DNA from: Deltaproteobacteria bacterium
Lineage (GTDB): Bacteria; Desulfobacterota; Desulfomonilia; UBA1062
Reading direction: 5' to 3'
Assembly: GCA_029547185.1 (NCBI GenBank)
Contig: JAKPPU010000068.1
Coordinates: forward strand, 11,124-75,123
DNA: 64,000 nucleotides
Shown here: positions 21,091-31,253 of the stretch, piece by piece
Position numbering within the stretch: the stretch's first letter is position 1
Layout of the letters: the number at the start of each line of letters is the position of its first letter
The notes under the pieces: model-generated
The model's input: the letters and a program-made list of their open reading frames with translations, nothing else
Database searches by the model: none
What the model was told of the DNA's origin: nothing
Translations under genes and position numbers: made by a program

Positions 21091-21106
21091 GGCAAATCTG
21101 ATGCCA
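21091..21106 (-). promoter_or_regulatory. Candidate sigma-54 (-24/-12) promoter upstream of the htrA-family gene
   Basis: The reverse complement is cTGGCATCAGATTTGCCt, against the consensus YTGGCACGrNNNTTGCW, with exact GG-N10-GC spacing. The predicted start site is about 43 nt upstream of ATG 21037. Confidence 0.55.
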
Positions 21107-21251
21107 GATTCAAGTTGTTGATATCATGGTGTATTATTTGGCAGACAGATGGAGCACCGTATACACCTGTAAAATTAGTTTACACCCGTGTGTATACATT
21201 CTAAACACGGTCCTTTGCAACAGCCGAGATCTCGAAACGGGGAATTTCTCA

Positions 21252-22859
21252 TCATGACGGGGGCTCATGGCCGTACGCCTTCGGGAGTCTGCCTGCCGGG
21301 AGAAGAGGAAGCCCGAAGGGGACGAACTCTGCGAGCACGGCATTCTTGTTTCCGATTCTCCTCTGGATGAGGACCTTGACGTTTCCTTCGCGGGAGATGT
21401 CTCCGGCGACGGGAGCCTCGCGCGTCTCCACCCAGGCATAGAGCCCGGCCGGAAGATCGTCCCCTGCCTTCTTCATGGGGCAGGTGCCGCCCTTCACCAT
21501 GGGCAGAACGCCGTCGAGGATCTCGTTTTCACCGAGGTAGATGCTTATCTGCCTGTCCTGGGAAAGGGCGAGCATCTCCCGTGCTATCCCGAGGTAGTCC
21601 TCCCTGGGTTTCATGGCGCTGAAGTAGACCGACATGGTGACCGTCATCCCGATGCATACGATGAGCACGAGGGAAAGAGGCCTCAAGGTCTCGAAAATCC
21701 CGCGATGCCGGAGAACCGCGAGCACGCTCAAAGAGAGCAGGCCCATCGCGATCGACAACACCGGCAGGTGAAGCAGGATGCCGGCGAACGGCGCCAGGCA
21801 GCCGACAAGGGCGATGACCCAGGTGGCTCCTGTCATGATGCGTTCCCATGGCCTCCTCTCGGCCCCGTTCATGAGCCACTGCGCCGCAATGCACGCCAGC
21901 GCCGGAAAGAGTGGCACGAGGTAGACAGAGCGTTTCGTCGACGAGAGGCTCAGGAGGATGAAGGGTGCAACGAACCAGCTCAGGTAAGGGTCCTTCCGGT
22001 AATTCCTGATCGACGTGACGAGCGCCGGGATCATGATGAGCGTCCAGGGAAGCACGTCCGAAGGAAGGTTCGTGAGGTAGTAGAGAGGTCCGTGCTGATG
22101 GCCCAGGGCTGCACCCTCGGGCGAGCCCAAGAAACGCATGAAGTTGTTCACGATGAGCGTTTCCCGGAGGAACGGCCACCCCCCCTGCGAATAGAGCCCC
22201 GCTACCCAGGGCAGGACGGGAAGGCAGGCGAAGACGCCGGCGGTTATCGGATTGATCCTCCATACGAGCCCGGGGTCTCTCTTTACGATGATATCCATGA
22301 AGAGAGCCGAGATAAAGATCGCCGGCCCCACGAGGCCCTTCGACATGAACGAAAGCCCGAGGGCGAGCCCGAGGAGCATCGAAACCGGCAGGGAGGGCTT
22401 CTCTCTCACTTTCATGTACAGGTAGACGGCCAGGGTCGTGAAGAAAACGAGGGCGGAGTCGACCTGGATCCACCTCGCAGACATGAAGAATCCCCACGTG
22501 CTCGCAAGAATGCCTGCTGCGGCAAGGCCTGCATGCGTGCCCGACCGCCTCCTTACCATGGCAAACACTATGAGAATCGTGAGCAGCCCGAACATGACGG
22601 AAACCAGGCGATAGGATACGTCGCTTTCAGTGCCGAAGACGAGCGCCGAGATCGCAGCCGCATCGTAGTAGAGGGGCGGTTTCTCGAGGAAAGGTGTTCC
22701 GTTCAGGCGCGGCACGACGAAATCGCCGGTCCTGGCGACCTCGGAGGATATGCCGGCCACCTGGGGTTCGTCCGGCCTCCAGATCCCGTGATTGAGCCCG
22801 GGCAGAAGCGTCGAGAGGATCACGATCCATGTGAAGGCCATGAGAAAGGTATTTTTCAT
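21252..22859 (-). CDS. ArnT/PMT-like glycosyltransferase family 39 membrane protein
   Basis: Polytopic membrane protein. The N-terminal loop WRPDEPQVAGISSEVARTGDFVVPRLNGTPFLEKPPLYY matches the DE...EKPPL signature of ArnT/dolichyl-phosphate-mannose transferases. Confidence 0.8.
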   Translation of the reverse strand: MKNTFLMAFTWIVILSTLLPGLNHGIWRPDEPQVAGISSEVARTGDFVVPRLNGTPFLEKPPLYYDAAAISALVFGTESDVSYRLVSVMFGLLTILIVFAMVRRRSGTHAGLAAAGILASTWGFFMSARWIQVDSALVFFTTLAVYLYMKVREKPSLPVSMLLGLALGLSFMSKGLVGPAIFISALFMDIIVKRDPGLVWRINPITAGVFACLPVLPWVAGLYSQGGWPFLRETLIVNNFMRFLGSPEGAALGHQHGPLYYLTNLPSDVLPWTLIMIPALVTSIRNYRKDPYLSWFVAPFILLSLSSTKRSVYLVPLFPALACIAAQWLMNGAERRPWERIMTGATWVIALVGCLAPFAGILLHLPVLSIAMGLLSLSVLAVLRHRGIFETLRPLSLVLIVCIGMTVTMSVYFSAMKPREDYLGIAREMLALSQDRQISIYLGENEILDGVLPMVKGGTCPMKKAGDDLPAGLYAWVETREAPVAGDISREGNVKVLIQRRIGNKNAVLAEFVPFGLPLLPAGRLPKAYGHEPPS

Positions 22860-23197
22860 GGGAACCTCGTATCACAGCAGGGCTCCCATATCAACGCATC
22901 ATCAGGGAGCAGCGATGCTCCGAATGCGCGGGGTCGTCCGAGCGGGTATGGATATCTAACCTGAAGCCATGCCTTCTCAGGCATCCGGCAAAGGGTACTT
23001 TCCCCTAGCCGTATGGGCTTTAATAGTTGCTTGATCTTCGTGGAAAAGATACGTACAGAACCTTTTGGACTGTTGATTTCCTCAAGAAGGATAATATATG
23101 ATCGAAATGATGCCAGAGGTGGGCAAAACAGACGCCAAAACTTGTCTCATTGCACGCTCTATGGTAGAGATAAGGTTTAAGGAAAAGGAGGATACGA

Positions 23198-23947
23198 ATG
23201 TCCGGCCATAACAAGTGGAGCACGATCAAGCATAAAAAGGGTGCTGCTGACGCCAAGCGGGGCAAGCTCTTCAGCAAGATCATCAAGGAGATAACGGTTG
23301 CCGCGCGCATGGGAGGCGGAGACGTCGATGGGAACGCCCGCCTGAGGTCGGCCCTGGCGTCGGCAAAGGCCGCGAACATGCCCAAGGACAATATCGACCG
23401 GGCCATCAAGAAGGGCACCGGCGAGCTCGAGGGATACAATCTCGAAGAGGTCACCTATGAAGGATACGGGCCGGGCGGCGTCGCGGTGCTCGTCAACTGC
23501 ATGACCGACAACAAGAACCGGGCAGTGGCGGATATCCGGCACCTCTTCTCGAAGTACAACGGAAATCTCGGTGAGACGGGCTGCGTGAACTGGATGTTCA
23601 ACAAGAAAGGCTTCGCCTCGGTCGATAAGAGCGCTGTCGATGAGGAAACCCTCTATGACGTGGCGCTCGAGGCGGGTGCGGACGACGTCACCGACACCGG
23701 CGACAGCTACGAGATCCTCATTGCGCCCGAGGACATCGAGAGCCTGAGGACTGCCCTCGAGGAGAAGAAAATCCCCTACACCCAGCTCGAGGTCCAGATG
23801 GTGCCCCAGACAAACGTGACATTGACGGGCAAACAGGCGCAGCAGGCACTCAAGCTCCTGGATGCGCTCGAAGAGCTCGACGATGTCCAGTCCATATCTT
23901 CGAACTTCGACATTTCCGACGAAGAGATGGCACAGCTGCAAGGGTAA
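23198..23947 (+). CDS. yebC: YebC/PmpR family DNA-binding transcriptional regulator
   Basis: [32 protein letters not shown] is the hallmark N-terminus. It lies immediately upstream of ruvC, as in many bacteria. Confidence 0.95.
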   Translation: MSGHNKWSTIKHKKGAADAKRGKLFSKIIKEITVAARMGGGDVDGNARLRSALASAKAANMPKDNIDRAIKKGTGELEGYNLEEVTYEGYGPGGVAVLVNCMTDNKNRAVADIRHLFSKYNGNLGETGCVNWMFNKKGFASVDKSAVDEETLYDVALEAGADDVTDTGDSYEILIAPEDIESLRTALEEKKIPYTQLEVQMVPQTNVTLTGKQAQQALKLLDALEELDDVQSISSNFDISDEEMAQLQG

Positions 23948-24444
23948 TGATTATCTGCGGCATTGATCCCGGGACACGCGCCACAGGGTATGGGATACTC
24001 GACGTCCGCAGCAGGTCGCAGACGTCTCTCGCCTATGTATCGCACGGAACGATCAGACCGAGGTCCGAGGATCTCGCCGCAAGACTCAGGGAGATATACA
24101 TAAGCATAACAGAGATTTTCCGGGAATACTCTCCGGCAGAAGTCGCCATCGAGTCCACCTTCCATGCCGTCAATGTCCAGTCGGCCCTCAAGCTGGGGCA
24201 GGCGAGGGGGGTCGTCATCCTCGCTGCAAGCCTCTTGTCGATACCGGTCTTCGAGTACTCGCCCACCGAGGTGAAGAAGGCCACCTGCGGGTATGGGAGG
24301 GCAGGCAAGGACCAGGTGTCCGCGATGATCGCAACCATCCTGCATCTGCCCAGGGACATGGTTGCATCTGCCGATGCGAGCGACGCCCTGGCCATCGGGC
24401 TCTGCCACTCCTCTTCCCGGCGAATGAAGGGATTCATCCAATGA
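23947..24444 (+). CDS. ruvC: Holliday junction resolvase RuvC
   Basis: [16 protein letters not shown] plus the conserved acidic residues. The start overlaps the yebC stop (TAATG). Confidence 0.95.
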   Translation: MIICGIDPGTRATGYGILDVRSRSQTSLAYVSHGTIRPRSEDLAARLREIYISITEIFREYSPAEVAIESTFHAVNVQSALKLGQARGVVILAASLLSIPVFEYSPTEVKKATCGYGRAGKDQVSAMIATILHLPRDMVASADASDALAIGLCHSSSRRMKGFIQ

Positions 24445-25010
24445 TCAGCATGATAAAAGGCGAGGTGGTGCAGGTTTGCGGCTCGGACATCACCGTCATG
24501 GTGTCCGGGGTGGGCTACCTGGTGCACGTGCCTGCCGGGGTCGATCTCGATATCGCACTCGGGGATCAGGTCACCCTCCATACCCATCTCATTGCCAGAG
24601 AGGACGCGTTGAACCTCTACGGCTTCACCGACCCCAGGCAGAAGGAGATATTCTCGCTTCTCTTAAGCGTCTCCGGCGTGGGCCCGAAGACGGCCATGAG
24701 CATCATCTCGGGCATGGAGCCCAACCGGTTCCTCGACGAGGTCGTGTGTGAGAACATCGGCTACCTGTGCAGCCTGCCCGGCATCGGGAAAAAGAGCGCC
24801 CAGCGCATCGTCCTGGAGCTCAAGGAACGGATCGTAAAGAAATACAGCACCATGGGAACGAAAAGGCATAGAGACGGGGCCGAGGACGCCGTGGCAGCGC
24901 TCATGGCGCTGGGATACGCGGAATCCCAGGCGCGCAGGGCAGTCGGCTCGGTGAAGGCTGAAAGCGTCGAGGATATCATCCGCGGCGCGTTGAAGGAATT
25001 GATTCGATGA
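24441..25010 (+). CDS. ruvA: Holliday junction branch migration complex subunit RuvA
   Basis: MISMIKGEV... OB fold, HhH motifs ([27 protein letters not shown]) and a C-terminal domain III. 4-nt overlaps with ruvC and ruvB. Confidence 0.95.
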   Translation: MISMIKGEVVQVCGSDITVMVSGVGYLVHVPAGVDLDIALGDQVTLHTHLIAREDALNLYGFTDPRQKEIFSLLLSVSGVGPKTAMSIISGMEPNRFLDEVVCENIGYLCSLPGIGKKSAQRIVLELKERIVKKYSTMGTKRHRDGAEDAVAALMALGYAESQARRAVGSVKAESVEDIIRGALKELIR

Positions 25011-26032
25011 GAAACGAAATTACGGGAACACTGGGGGACCGGGAAGAGCTCGATTTCGAGGCTCACATCCGGCCCCGGAACTTGAACGAATACGTGGGTC
25101 AGGAGGCGCTGAAAGAAAACCTCGAGATCTTCATCAAGGCCGCCAAGGCGCGGGGAGAAGCCCTTGACCACTGCCTCTTCTACGGGCCTCCCGGCCTGGG
25201 CAAAACCACGCTCGCCTACATCATCGCCCACGAGTGCGACGTGGGCCTCCGCATCACGAGCGGGCCGGCCATCGACAAGTCCGGCGACCTGGCAGCGATC
25301 CTCACGAACCTCGAAGAGAACGACGTCCTCTTCATCGACGAGATCCACAGGCTGGGCAAGGCGGTCGAGGAGATCCTCTATCCCGCCATGGAGGAGTTCA
25401 AGCTCGACATCGTGATCGGCCAGGGCCCCTCCGCCCGGTCGATCCGCATCGATTTGAACCGCTTCACCCTCGTCGCCGCGACCACGAGGGCAGGCATGAT
25501 CACCTCGCCCCTGCGCGACCGGTTCGGCATCATCGGCCACCTCGAGTTCTACACTGTCGAGGAGTTGCAGCGGATCCTGAGGCGCACCGCCGGGATCCTG
25601 GGCGTTCCTGCAGACGAGAAGGGCCTCCTCGAGATCGCGAAGAGGTCCCGCGGCACGCCCCGGATCGCCAACCGGCTCCTGAGGCGGGTGAGGGACTTCG
25701 CAGAGGTGCTCGGAGACGGGAACATCACGTCGAAGATAGCCGATACCGCCCTTTCGAGGCTGGACATCGACAAGTCGGGATTCGACAGGATGGACCGGAA
25801 GATCATCACCACCATGATCGAGTCCTTTTCTGGCGGTCCGGTCGGGATCGAGTCCCTGGCGGCATCCATCGGCGAAGACAAGGACACCATCGAGGACATC
25901 TACGAGCCCTACCTCATCCAGACCGGCCACATCAAGAGAACGCCCCGCGGCAGGCAGGTGTGTGCAAAGGCGTACCGCATGCTGGGCATGGACCCGAAGA
26001 AGGAGCAGGCAGGTCTGTTCGATGAGGAGTAA
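25007..26032 (+). CDS. ruvB: Holliday junction branch migration DNA helicase RuvB
   Basis: [14 protein letters not shown] (Walker A), [10 protein letters not shown] (Walker B) and TTRAG sensor. Confidence 0.97.
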   Translation: MRNEITGTLGDREELDFEAHIRPRNLNEYVGQEALKENLEIFIKAAKARGEALDHCLFYGPPGLGKTTLAYIIAHECDVGLRITSGPAIDKSGDLAAILTNLEENDVLFIDEIHRLGKAVEEILYPAMEEFKLDIVIGQGPSARSIRIDLNRFTLVAATTRAGMITSPLRDRFGIIGHLEFYTVEELQRILRRTAGILGVPADEKGLLEIAKRSRGTPRIANRLLRRVRDFAEVLGDGNITSKIADTALSRLDIDKSGFDRMDRKIITTMIESFSGGPVGIESLAASIGEDKDTIEDIYEPYLIQTGHIKRTPRGRQVCAKAYRMLGMDPKKEQAGLFDEE

Positions 26033-26651
26033 AAAGAAGCTGATCCTCGTCGATGTGGACGATACCCTGTATCCGAAGGGAACGGGACCGTTTCCCCATG
26101 TGAACCGGAGGATCGACGACTACGTCATGGCCCGGTGCAGTCTCGGCATCGACGAGGCAAAGGAATTGAGGAGGCGCTACATCCGCTCGTACGGCTCGAC
26201 CCTGGGCGGCCTCATGAAGCACTACGGGGTGGACCCGGACCACTACCTGAAGGCTGTCCACGATGTGCCCGTCGAAGACCTTCTCAAGCAGGACTTGCAG
26301 CTCAAGAGGACCCTTTCCGGCATCGAGAACGAGATGGTCGTCTTCTCGAACGGGTCTGCCGAGTACGTGAAGCGCGTGCTGAAGGCGCTCGGCGTCTCCG
26401 ACCTGTTCAGGGACCTCTTCACCATCGAGTTCATGGACTTTATCCCGAAGCCGAGGGAGTACCCCTACCGGAAGGCCATCGAGCTCTACGGCAGGAGGCC
26501 CGAGGAGTGCGTCCTCGTGGATGACCGCGTGCCCAACATCCGCACCGCCTTGGGCATGGGCATGGGGACGGTCGTGGTCGGATCGGATTCCCCCGCGGAA
26601 GGGGTGCGGGCCATCCCCGACATCTATGCCATAGAGCAGGCCGTGTCTTGA
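26022..26651 (+). CDS. HAD-superfamily hydrolase (pyrimidine 5'-nucleotidase-like)
   Basis: Internal ATG 26022 overlaps the ruvB stop. [11 protein letters not shown] is HAD motif I (DxDxT), followed by VFSNGS and VDDRVPN. Confidence 0.8.
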   Translation: MRSKKKLILVDVDDTLYPKGTGPFPHVNRRIDDYVMARCSLGIDEAKELRRRYIRSYGSTLGGLMKHYGVDPDHYLKAVHDVPVEDLLKQDLQLKRTLSGIENEMVVFSNGSAEYVKRVLKALGVSDLFRDLFTIEFMDFIPKPREYPYRKAIELYGRRPEECVLVDDRVPNIRTALGMGMGTVVVGSDSPAEGVRAIPDIYAIEQAVS

Positions 26652-26699
26652 TGAGATACCCTGCCGGATCTATTGATCTATAAGGAGAGGAGGAATGGA

Positions 26700-27707
26700 A
26701 TGCAGGTGCTTGTGACCGGCGCAGCCGGTTTCATCGGATACCACCTTGCCAGGAGGCTTCTCAGCGAGGGAGTCGAGGTCTTCGGGACCGACAACCTCAA
26801 TGCCTACTACGATCCGAAGCTCAAGAGCGACCGTCTGAACATGCTCCGGGAGTTTCCGGCCTTTGCATTCAGGAAGCTCGACCTCACGGACAGGGACGGC
26901 ATGACACGCGTCTTCGACGAGCATTCCTTCGACGCCGTCATACACCTGGCAGCGCAGGCAGGCGTGCGCTACAGCCTCGAAAATCCCCACGCGTACATCG
27001 ACTCCAACGTGGCCGGCTTCATGAATATCCTCGAAGACTGCAGGAACCATGAAGTGCCCCACCTGGTGTTCGCATCTTCATCTTCCGTGTACGGCGCCAA
27101 TACGAGGATGCCGTTCTCCGTGCATCACAACGTGGACCACCCGGTCTCCCTCTACGCAGCCACGAAGAAGGCCAACGAGCTCATGGCCCACACTTATGCG
27201 AGCCTCTACGGGATTCCCTGCACAGGCCTGCGGTTCTTCACCGTGTACGGCCCCTGGGGAAGGCCGGACATGGCGCTCTTCACGTTCACGAAGGCCATCC
27301 TCGAAGGGAGCACGATCGACATCTACAATCACGGGAACATGCAGAGGGACTTTACCTACATCGACGACATCGTCGAGGGGCTCGTGAGGGTCATGCGGAT
27401 GATACCGAAGCCCGATGCGAACTGGAACGGCGAGAGACCCGACCCGGGCACGAGCTTTGCCCCCTACCGGATCTACAATATCGGGGGCTCTCAGCCCGTG
27501 AGGCTCATGGACTTTATCGAGGTGCTCGAAGACACCCTCGGAAAGAAGGCCCAAAAGAACATGCTCCCGCTTCAGAAAGGGGACGTCGTCTCCACCTGTG
27601 CGGATGCGCAGGACCTCGAGGATGCGGTGGGCTTTAGGCCGTGCATTCCGGTGACGGAAGGGATCAGGCGCTTCGTCGAGTGGTACCGGTCGTACTACGG
27701 GGTCTGA
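26700..27707 (+). CDS. NAD-dependent epimerase/dehydratase, UDP-glucuronate 4-epimerase-like (CapI/LpsL type)
   Basis: AAGGAGAGGAGG RBS precedes MQVLVTGAAGFIGYHL (Rossmann GxxGxxG). Also ASSSSVYG and the catalytic YAATKKANE (YxxxK). Confidence 0.9.
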   Translation: MQVLVTGAAGFIGYHLARRLLSEGVEVFGTDNLNAYYDPKLKSDRLNMLREFPAFAFRKLDLTDRDGMTRVFDEHSFDAVIHLAAQAGVRYSLENPHAYIDSNVAGFMNILEDCRNHEVPHLVFASSSSVYGANTRMPFSVHHNVDHPVSLYAATKKANELMAHTYASLYGIPCTGLRFFTVYGPWGRPDMALFTFTKAILEGSTIDIYNHGNMQRDFTYIDDIVEGLVRVMRMIPKPDANWNGERPDPGTSFAPYRIYNIGGSQPVRLMDFIEVLEDTLGKKAQKNMLPLQKGDVVSTCADAQDLEDAVGFRPCIPVTEGIRRFVEWYRSYYGV

Positions 27708-28739
27708 TCAGGGTCTGCCTATGACGGTCTCGGGCGGGAAGTCCATGTTGAGGATGTAGCCCAGGATCTTGTCGCGGAAGTTCTCGGAGCCGCCGATGAA
27801 CTCGATTCCGAGTTGAGTCTTCTCGAGCACGTTTTCCCTTCTCACCGACCGGACGACCCCTGCGGCCTCGACAGGGCCCTTGGGCAGGTTGATCCGGATC
27901 ACGGGGAGGTTCATCCCCTCGATGATGGGAGACTTCTCGTCCAGCACCTCGGCCCCCATGCCTTCGATGCTCAAGTCCCACACGAGGACCGGCGTCTTTT
28001 CCATGGTGATGGGATGGCTCACGGTCGCGGTCATGGGCTCGTCTCCGGTGATGAAGTATCGGAGCACGCTCCGCCTGGAGATATGCTGGACCGTCTCGGG
28101 CCAGTTCGTCTCCATGATGCTCTTGATGACGCTCAGCACTTTGGCGTGGAAGAGCATGACGTTTATCCCTTTGAAGATGTAGAAGGGGTACACGTTGCCC
28201 GGCACCGGCTGGAAGGGCAGCCTGAATTCCGACATCCGCACGATCCTCATGAGGATGTTGTCCTGGGCAGGGCGCAGGTAGAAGAATTCGGTCGGGATGG
28301 CCTTCTGCTTCGAGACCATGAGCATGTCGCCGAACCCGCGGGACCATTTCTTTACCTCGCTGAAGATCCTCATGATCTCTTCCCTGTCGGTGATGAGCTT
28401 TCCCTTGTCGCCCTTGGTCGAATGGAGCTTCGCATAAGCCTCGATGGGCGTCTCAGCGGGTGAGAATTCGATTCCCACACGTGAGGGAATGCCGGGTCCG
28501 ACATAGGCAACCCGGCCGTGGATATCGGCGGCAATGACCTTGCCCTTGTTTTCAAGGGTCACGATATGGATGTCCCTGCCTTCCTGAAGCAGGGAGAGCC
28601 CGTCCCGGACCAGCACACCCATCCCGCCGATTGAAATGTCAAGGATGGGAAGCTTCAGGGAATACCCTCCGATCTTCGCCTTGGCAGAGAGATTCCCCCA
28701 GGGCAGAGTCCTCTGTCTTTTGCTTTCTCTCTTCTCCAT
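27708..28739 (-). CDS. Dual PilZ-domain protein (putative c-di-GMP receptor)
   Basis: N-terminal RESKR (RxxxR) plus DISIGGMG (DxSxxG). A second set, RRSVLR plus DLSIEGMG, lies in the C-terminal third. Confidence 0.8.
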   Translation of the reverse strand: MEKRESKRQRTLPWGNLSAKAKIGGYSLKLPILDISIGGMGVLVRDGLSLLQEGRDIHIVTLENKGKVIAADIHGRVAYVGPGIPSRVGIEFSPAETPIEAYAKLHSTKGDKGKLITDREEIMRIFSEVKKWSRGFGDMLMVSKQKAIPTEFFYLRPAQDNILMRIVRMSEFRLPFQPVPGNVYPFYIFKGINVMLFHAKVLSVIKSIMETNWPETVQHISRRSVLRYFITGDEPMTATVSHPITMEKTPVLVWDLSIEGMGAEVLDEKSPIIEGMNLPVIRINLPKGPVEAAGVVRSVRRENVLEKTQLGIEFIGGSENFRDKILGYILNMDFPPETVIGRP

Positions 28740-28985
28740 GCAAGCACTTCATCGGACGTTTCCGATGTCAAACTTTAGCCAATAAGCAGCCGCTCATGAG
28801 TAAAATATACGGAAAACTGATCCTTACCTGATTCCGCAAAGGAGATTGAAGAGCCCTCGATCATCTGACTCTGCGGCACTTCCCGAGAGACGATGGTCGG
28901 GATGCTCGTGTCAGGCTGGAGGCTTGCCTGCCGTTAAAAATTACCAGGCAAAATTAATCTCTTATTGCTTTTCACTGTGAAGTAT

Positions 28986-29027
28986 GTTCTTATGCGTAGA
29001 AACAGTGTTCTTATGCATAGAAACACT
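28986..29027. promoter_or_regulatory. Tandem 21-bp near-palindromic operator-like repeat upstream of the porin gene
   Basis: GTTCTTATGCGTAGAAACAGT (28986-29006) is followed directly by GTTCTTATGCATAGAAACACT (29007-29027), 19/21 identical. Each unit is an inverted repeat GTTCT-TATGCRTA-GAAAC. An extra GTTTCT half-site sits at 29036-29041, about 40 nt before ATG 29066. Confidence 0.6.
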
Positions 29028-29065
29028 GTCATACGGTTTCTGATACCATGAAGAGGAGATGAATT

Positions 29066-29989
29066 ATGGCAAAGGCTTCAACGCAAGAATGGGTCGTCAT
29101 GCTGGTTCTTTTCGTTTCGGCGCTCTTTATCGGAACGGTTTTCCTTCAAGCCCCCGCATATGCCACCGAAGGGGGCGGAGGGGCCTACCCCAACGGGGCA
29201 GAGGACTTCATGGCAGGTGCTCTTCCTCCCCCCGGGACCTATTTCCTGGATTATGTTAATTACTATCATGCCTCGTCCCTGAAGGATGACAACGGCGACA
29301 GGCTGGTTCCGGACTTCGATCTCGATGTCGCGGTGAATGTATTCCGCCTCGTGCACGTCACCAGGCACGAGATTCTGGGCGCGACCTGGGCCATGCATGC
29401 CTTCGTGCCCATCGTGCGCATGGACGTGGATGCGACTTTTGGAAGAGATGACAAGACAGGGTTGGGGGACATCATCTTAGACCCGTTCATCCTGGGCTGG
29501 CACTGGAAGAATGTCCACGTCACCACAGGGCTCGATATCTATGTGCCTGTGGGGAGCTACGACGAGGATGACCTGGCCAACACCGGCCGGAATTACTGGA
29601 CCTTCGAGCCCGTGGCTGCAGTAACCTATCTGTCGGACAACGGAATCGAGCTGTCCGGAAAATTCATGTATGACTTCAATCTGGAAAACCCTGACACGAA
29701 CTACAGATCGGGCCAGGAGTTCCATTTTGACTACACGGCAGGCTACCATACGGGAAAAGGCCTGGCAGTCGGCATCGGCGGCTATTATTACTACCAGACC
29801 ACCGATGACGAGCTGGACGGGGACAAGGTTGAACCCGACGGCTTCAAGGGCCGCGTCTTTGCCATAGGCCCCCAGGCCATGTACAGTTACAAAAACATGG
29901 CATTCACCCTGAAGTGGCAGAAAGAGTTCGAAGCCAGGAACCGCCCCGAGGGCAACAACTTCTGGGGAAAATTCATGTATGCCTTTTAG
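29066..29989 (+). CDS. Outer-membrane beta-barrel transporter, MetA-pathway-of-phenol-degradation (PF13557-like) family
   Basis: Signal peptide ending APAYA. Mature start TEGGGGAYPNGAEDFMAGALPPPGTYFLDY, alternating-hydrophobic strands, and C-terminal FMYAF (terminal Phe). Confidence 0.7.
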   Translation: MAKASTQEWVVMLVLFVSALFIGTVFLQAPAYATEGGGGAYPNGAEDFMAGALPPPGTYFLDYVNYYHASSLKDDNGDRLVPDFDLDVAVNVFRLVHVTRHEILGATWAMHAFVPIVRMDVDATFGRDDKTGLGDIILDPFILGWHWKNVHVTTGLDIYVPVGSYDEDDLANTGRNYWTFEPVAAVTYLSDNGIELSGKFMYDFNLENPDTNYRSGQEFHFDYTAGYHTGKGLAVGIGGYYYYQTTDDELDGDKVEPDGFKGRVFAIGPQAMYSYKNMAFTLKWQKEFEARNRPEGNNFWGKFMYAF

Positions 29990-30260
29990 GGAGAGGGATG
30001 TCGCTTCACATCCCATTGAGCTTTCATCGGGAAGTCTTTAGGCGGGCAGGCAAGGGGCGGATCTTCTATGAGAGAAGGTCTGCCCGGTCTCCGCTATTGC
30101 TGCGTCAGGCGCTCGGTGCGGCAGTTTTTTATGCTCCGCTGCTCTCCGGCCCCCGGCCGGGCAGGAGGGCATCTTATCGAAGATCTCTCGGGCATGATGT
30201 TTCGGTGAAGGAGCTCTCTTCACTCCTCCACCGAAAGTTATCGAATCCGTGGTTCCAGGC

Positions 30261-31085
30261 TCACTTCCCCTTGTAGGTAGGCTTGCGCTTTTCCATGAAT
30301 GCGGTCATGGTCTCCGCCAGGTCTTCGGACGGCAGGATCATGGAGCTGCGGGCAGCCACATACTCGAGGCCGTCTGCTATGCTCTTGCCCCTGCAGTAGT
30401 TGAGGACGTCCTTGGCGCCCTGGACGGCGAGGGGTGCCTGTGCAGCGATCTCGAGGGCCATTTCCTCGGCGCCCTTCAGGAGGGACCCTTTATCGGGATA
30501 GAGGGCATTGACGAGATTGACCTCTTTTGCCCGTTCGGCGCTGATGTACTTTGCCGTGAAGGCGAGCTCGCGGGTGATGCCCTGTCCCACGATGTGCGGC
30601 AGCCGCTGGAGAACGCCTACGTCGGCGATGATCGAGACGGCGGCTTCCCTGAGCGATATCTTGGCATCGAGGGAAGCGAGGCGGATGTCGCAGGCCGATC
30701 CCAGGTCGAGAGCGGCACCGATGCAGTAGCCGTGGAAGGCGCATATCACGGGCTTCGAGCACTTCTCGACGATTGTCATGGAGTCCTGGAGGGGGAAGAT
30801 GTCCTTGAAGAGCTTCACCGTCCCCTTGGAGCTGAAGTCCCAGTTCTTCAATGTGGGAATGAGCGGCGCCATGCCCACGAGGTCGATGCCTGTCGAGAAG
30901 TCCTTGCCCTCGCCGGCGACGATCGCCACCCTGATCTCGTCATCGGCGTCGATGTCTTCGAAAATGGGGATGATCTCTTTCCATGCATCCGGGCCCATGG
31001 CGTTTTTCTTTTCCGGCCTGTTCAGGAATACCCACGCGATCTGCCCCTGCTTCTCCACCTTGTAGAATTTGTACGGTTCACTCAT
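30261..31085 (-). CDS. Enoyl-CoA hydratase/isomerase (crotonase) family, dienoyl-CoA isomerase-like
   Basis: ATG 31085 follows GAGGAGG. WVFLNRPEKKNAMG, GEGKDFSTGIDL and ADVGVLQRLP resemble delta3,5-delta2,4-dienoyl-CoA isomerase. The ORF-track start is 31145. Confidence 0.85.
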   Translation of the reverse strand: MSEPYKFYKVEKQGQIAWVFLNRPEKKNAMGPDAWKEIIPIFEDIDADDEIRVAIVAGEGKDFSTGIDLVGMAPLIPTLKNWDFSSKGTVKLFKDIFPLQDSMTIVEKCSKPVICAFHGYCIGAALDLGSACDIRLASLDAKISLREAAVSIIADVGVLQRLPHIVGQGITRELAFTAKYISAERAKEVNLVNALYPDKGSLLKGAEEMALEIAAQAPLAVQGAKDVLNYCRGKSIADGLEYVAARSSMILPSEDLAETMTAFMEKRKPTYKGK

Positions 31086-31253
31086 GAATATTACCTCCTC
31101 ATTCTTCATCCTCACAGAGTAGAACGAGAAGGGGATTGCTGTCAATAATTGCGGATATAAATTCAGATGTCAAAGCCCAAACGAATCTGCTAGTGAATTG
31201 GCAATACACCATGACAGTTCACATTATTATTATTTATAGATGAGGGCAGTCAT

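Noticed and set aside
23020-23941. Minus-strand ORFs 23020-23454 and 23177-23941 opposite yebC.
   Set aside because: These are antisense shadows of the highly conserved YebC gene and its promoter region.
28917-28931. Sigma-54-like TGGAGGCTTGCCTGC upstream of the porin gene.
   Set aside because: The GG/GC spacing is right, but the -24 box is TGGAGG rather than TGGCAC and the -12 box is CTGC. This is too weak to call without a position-weight-matrix score.
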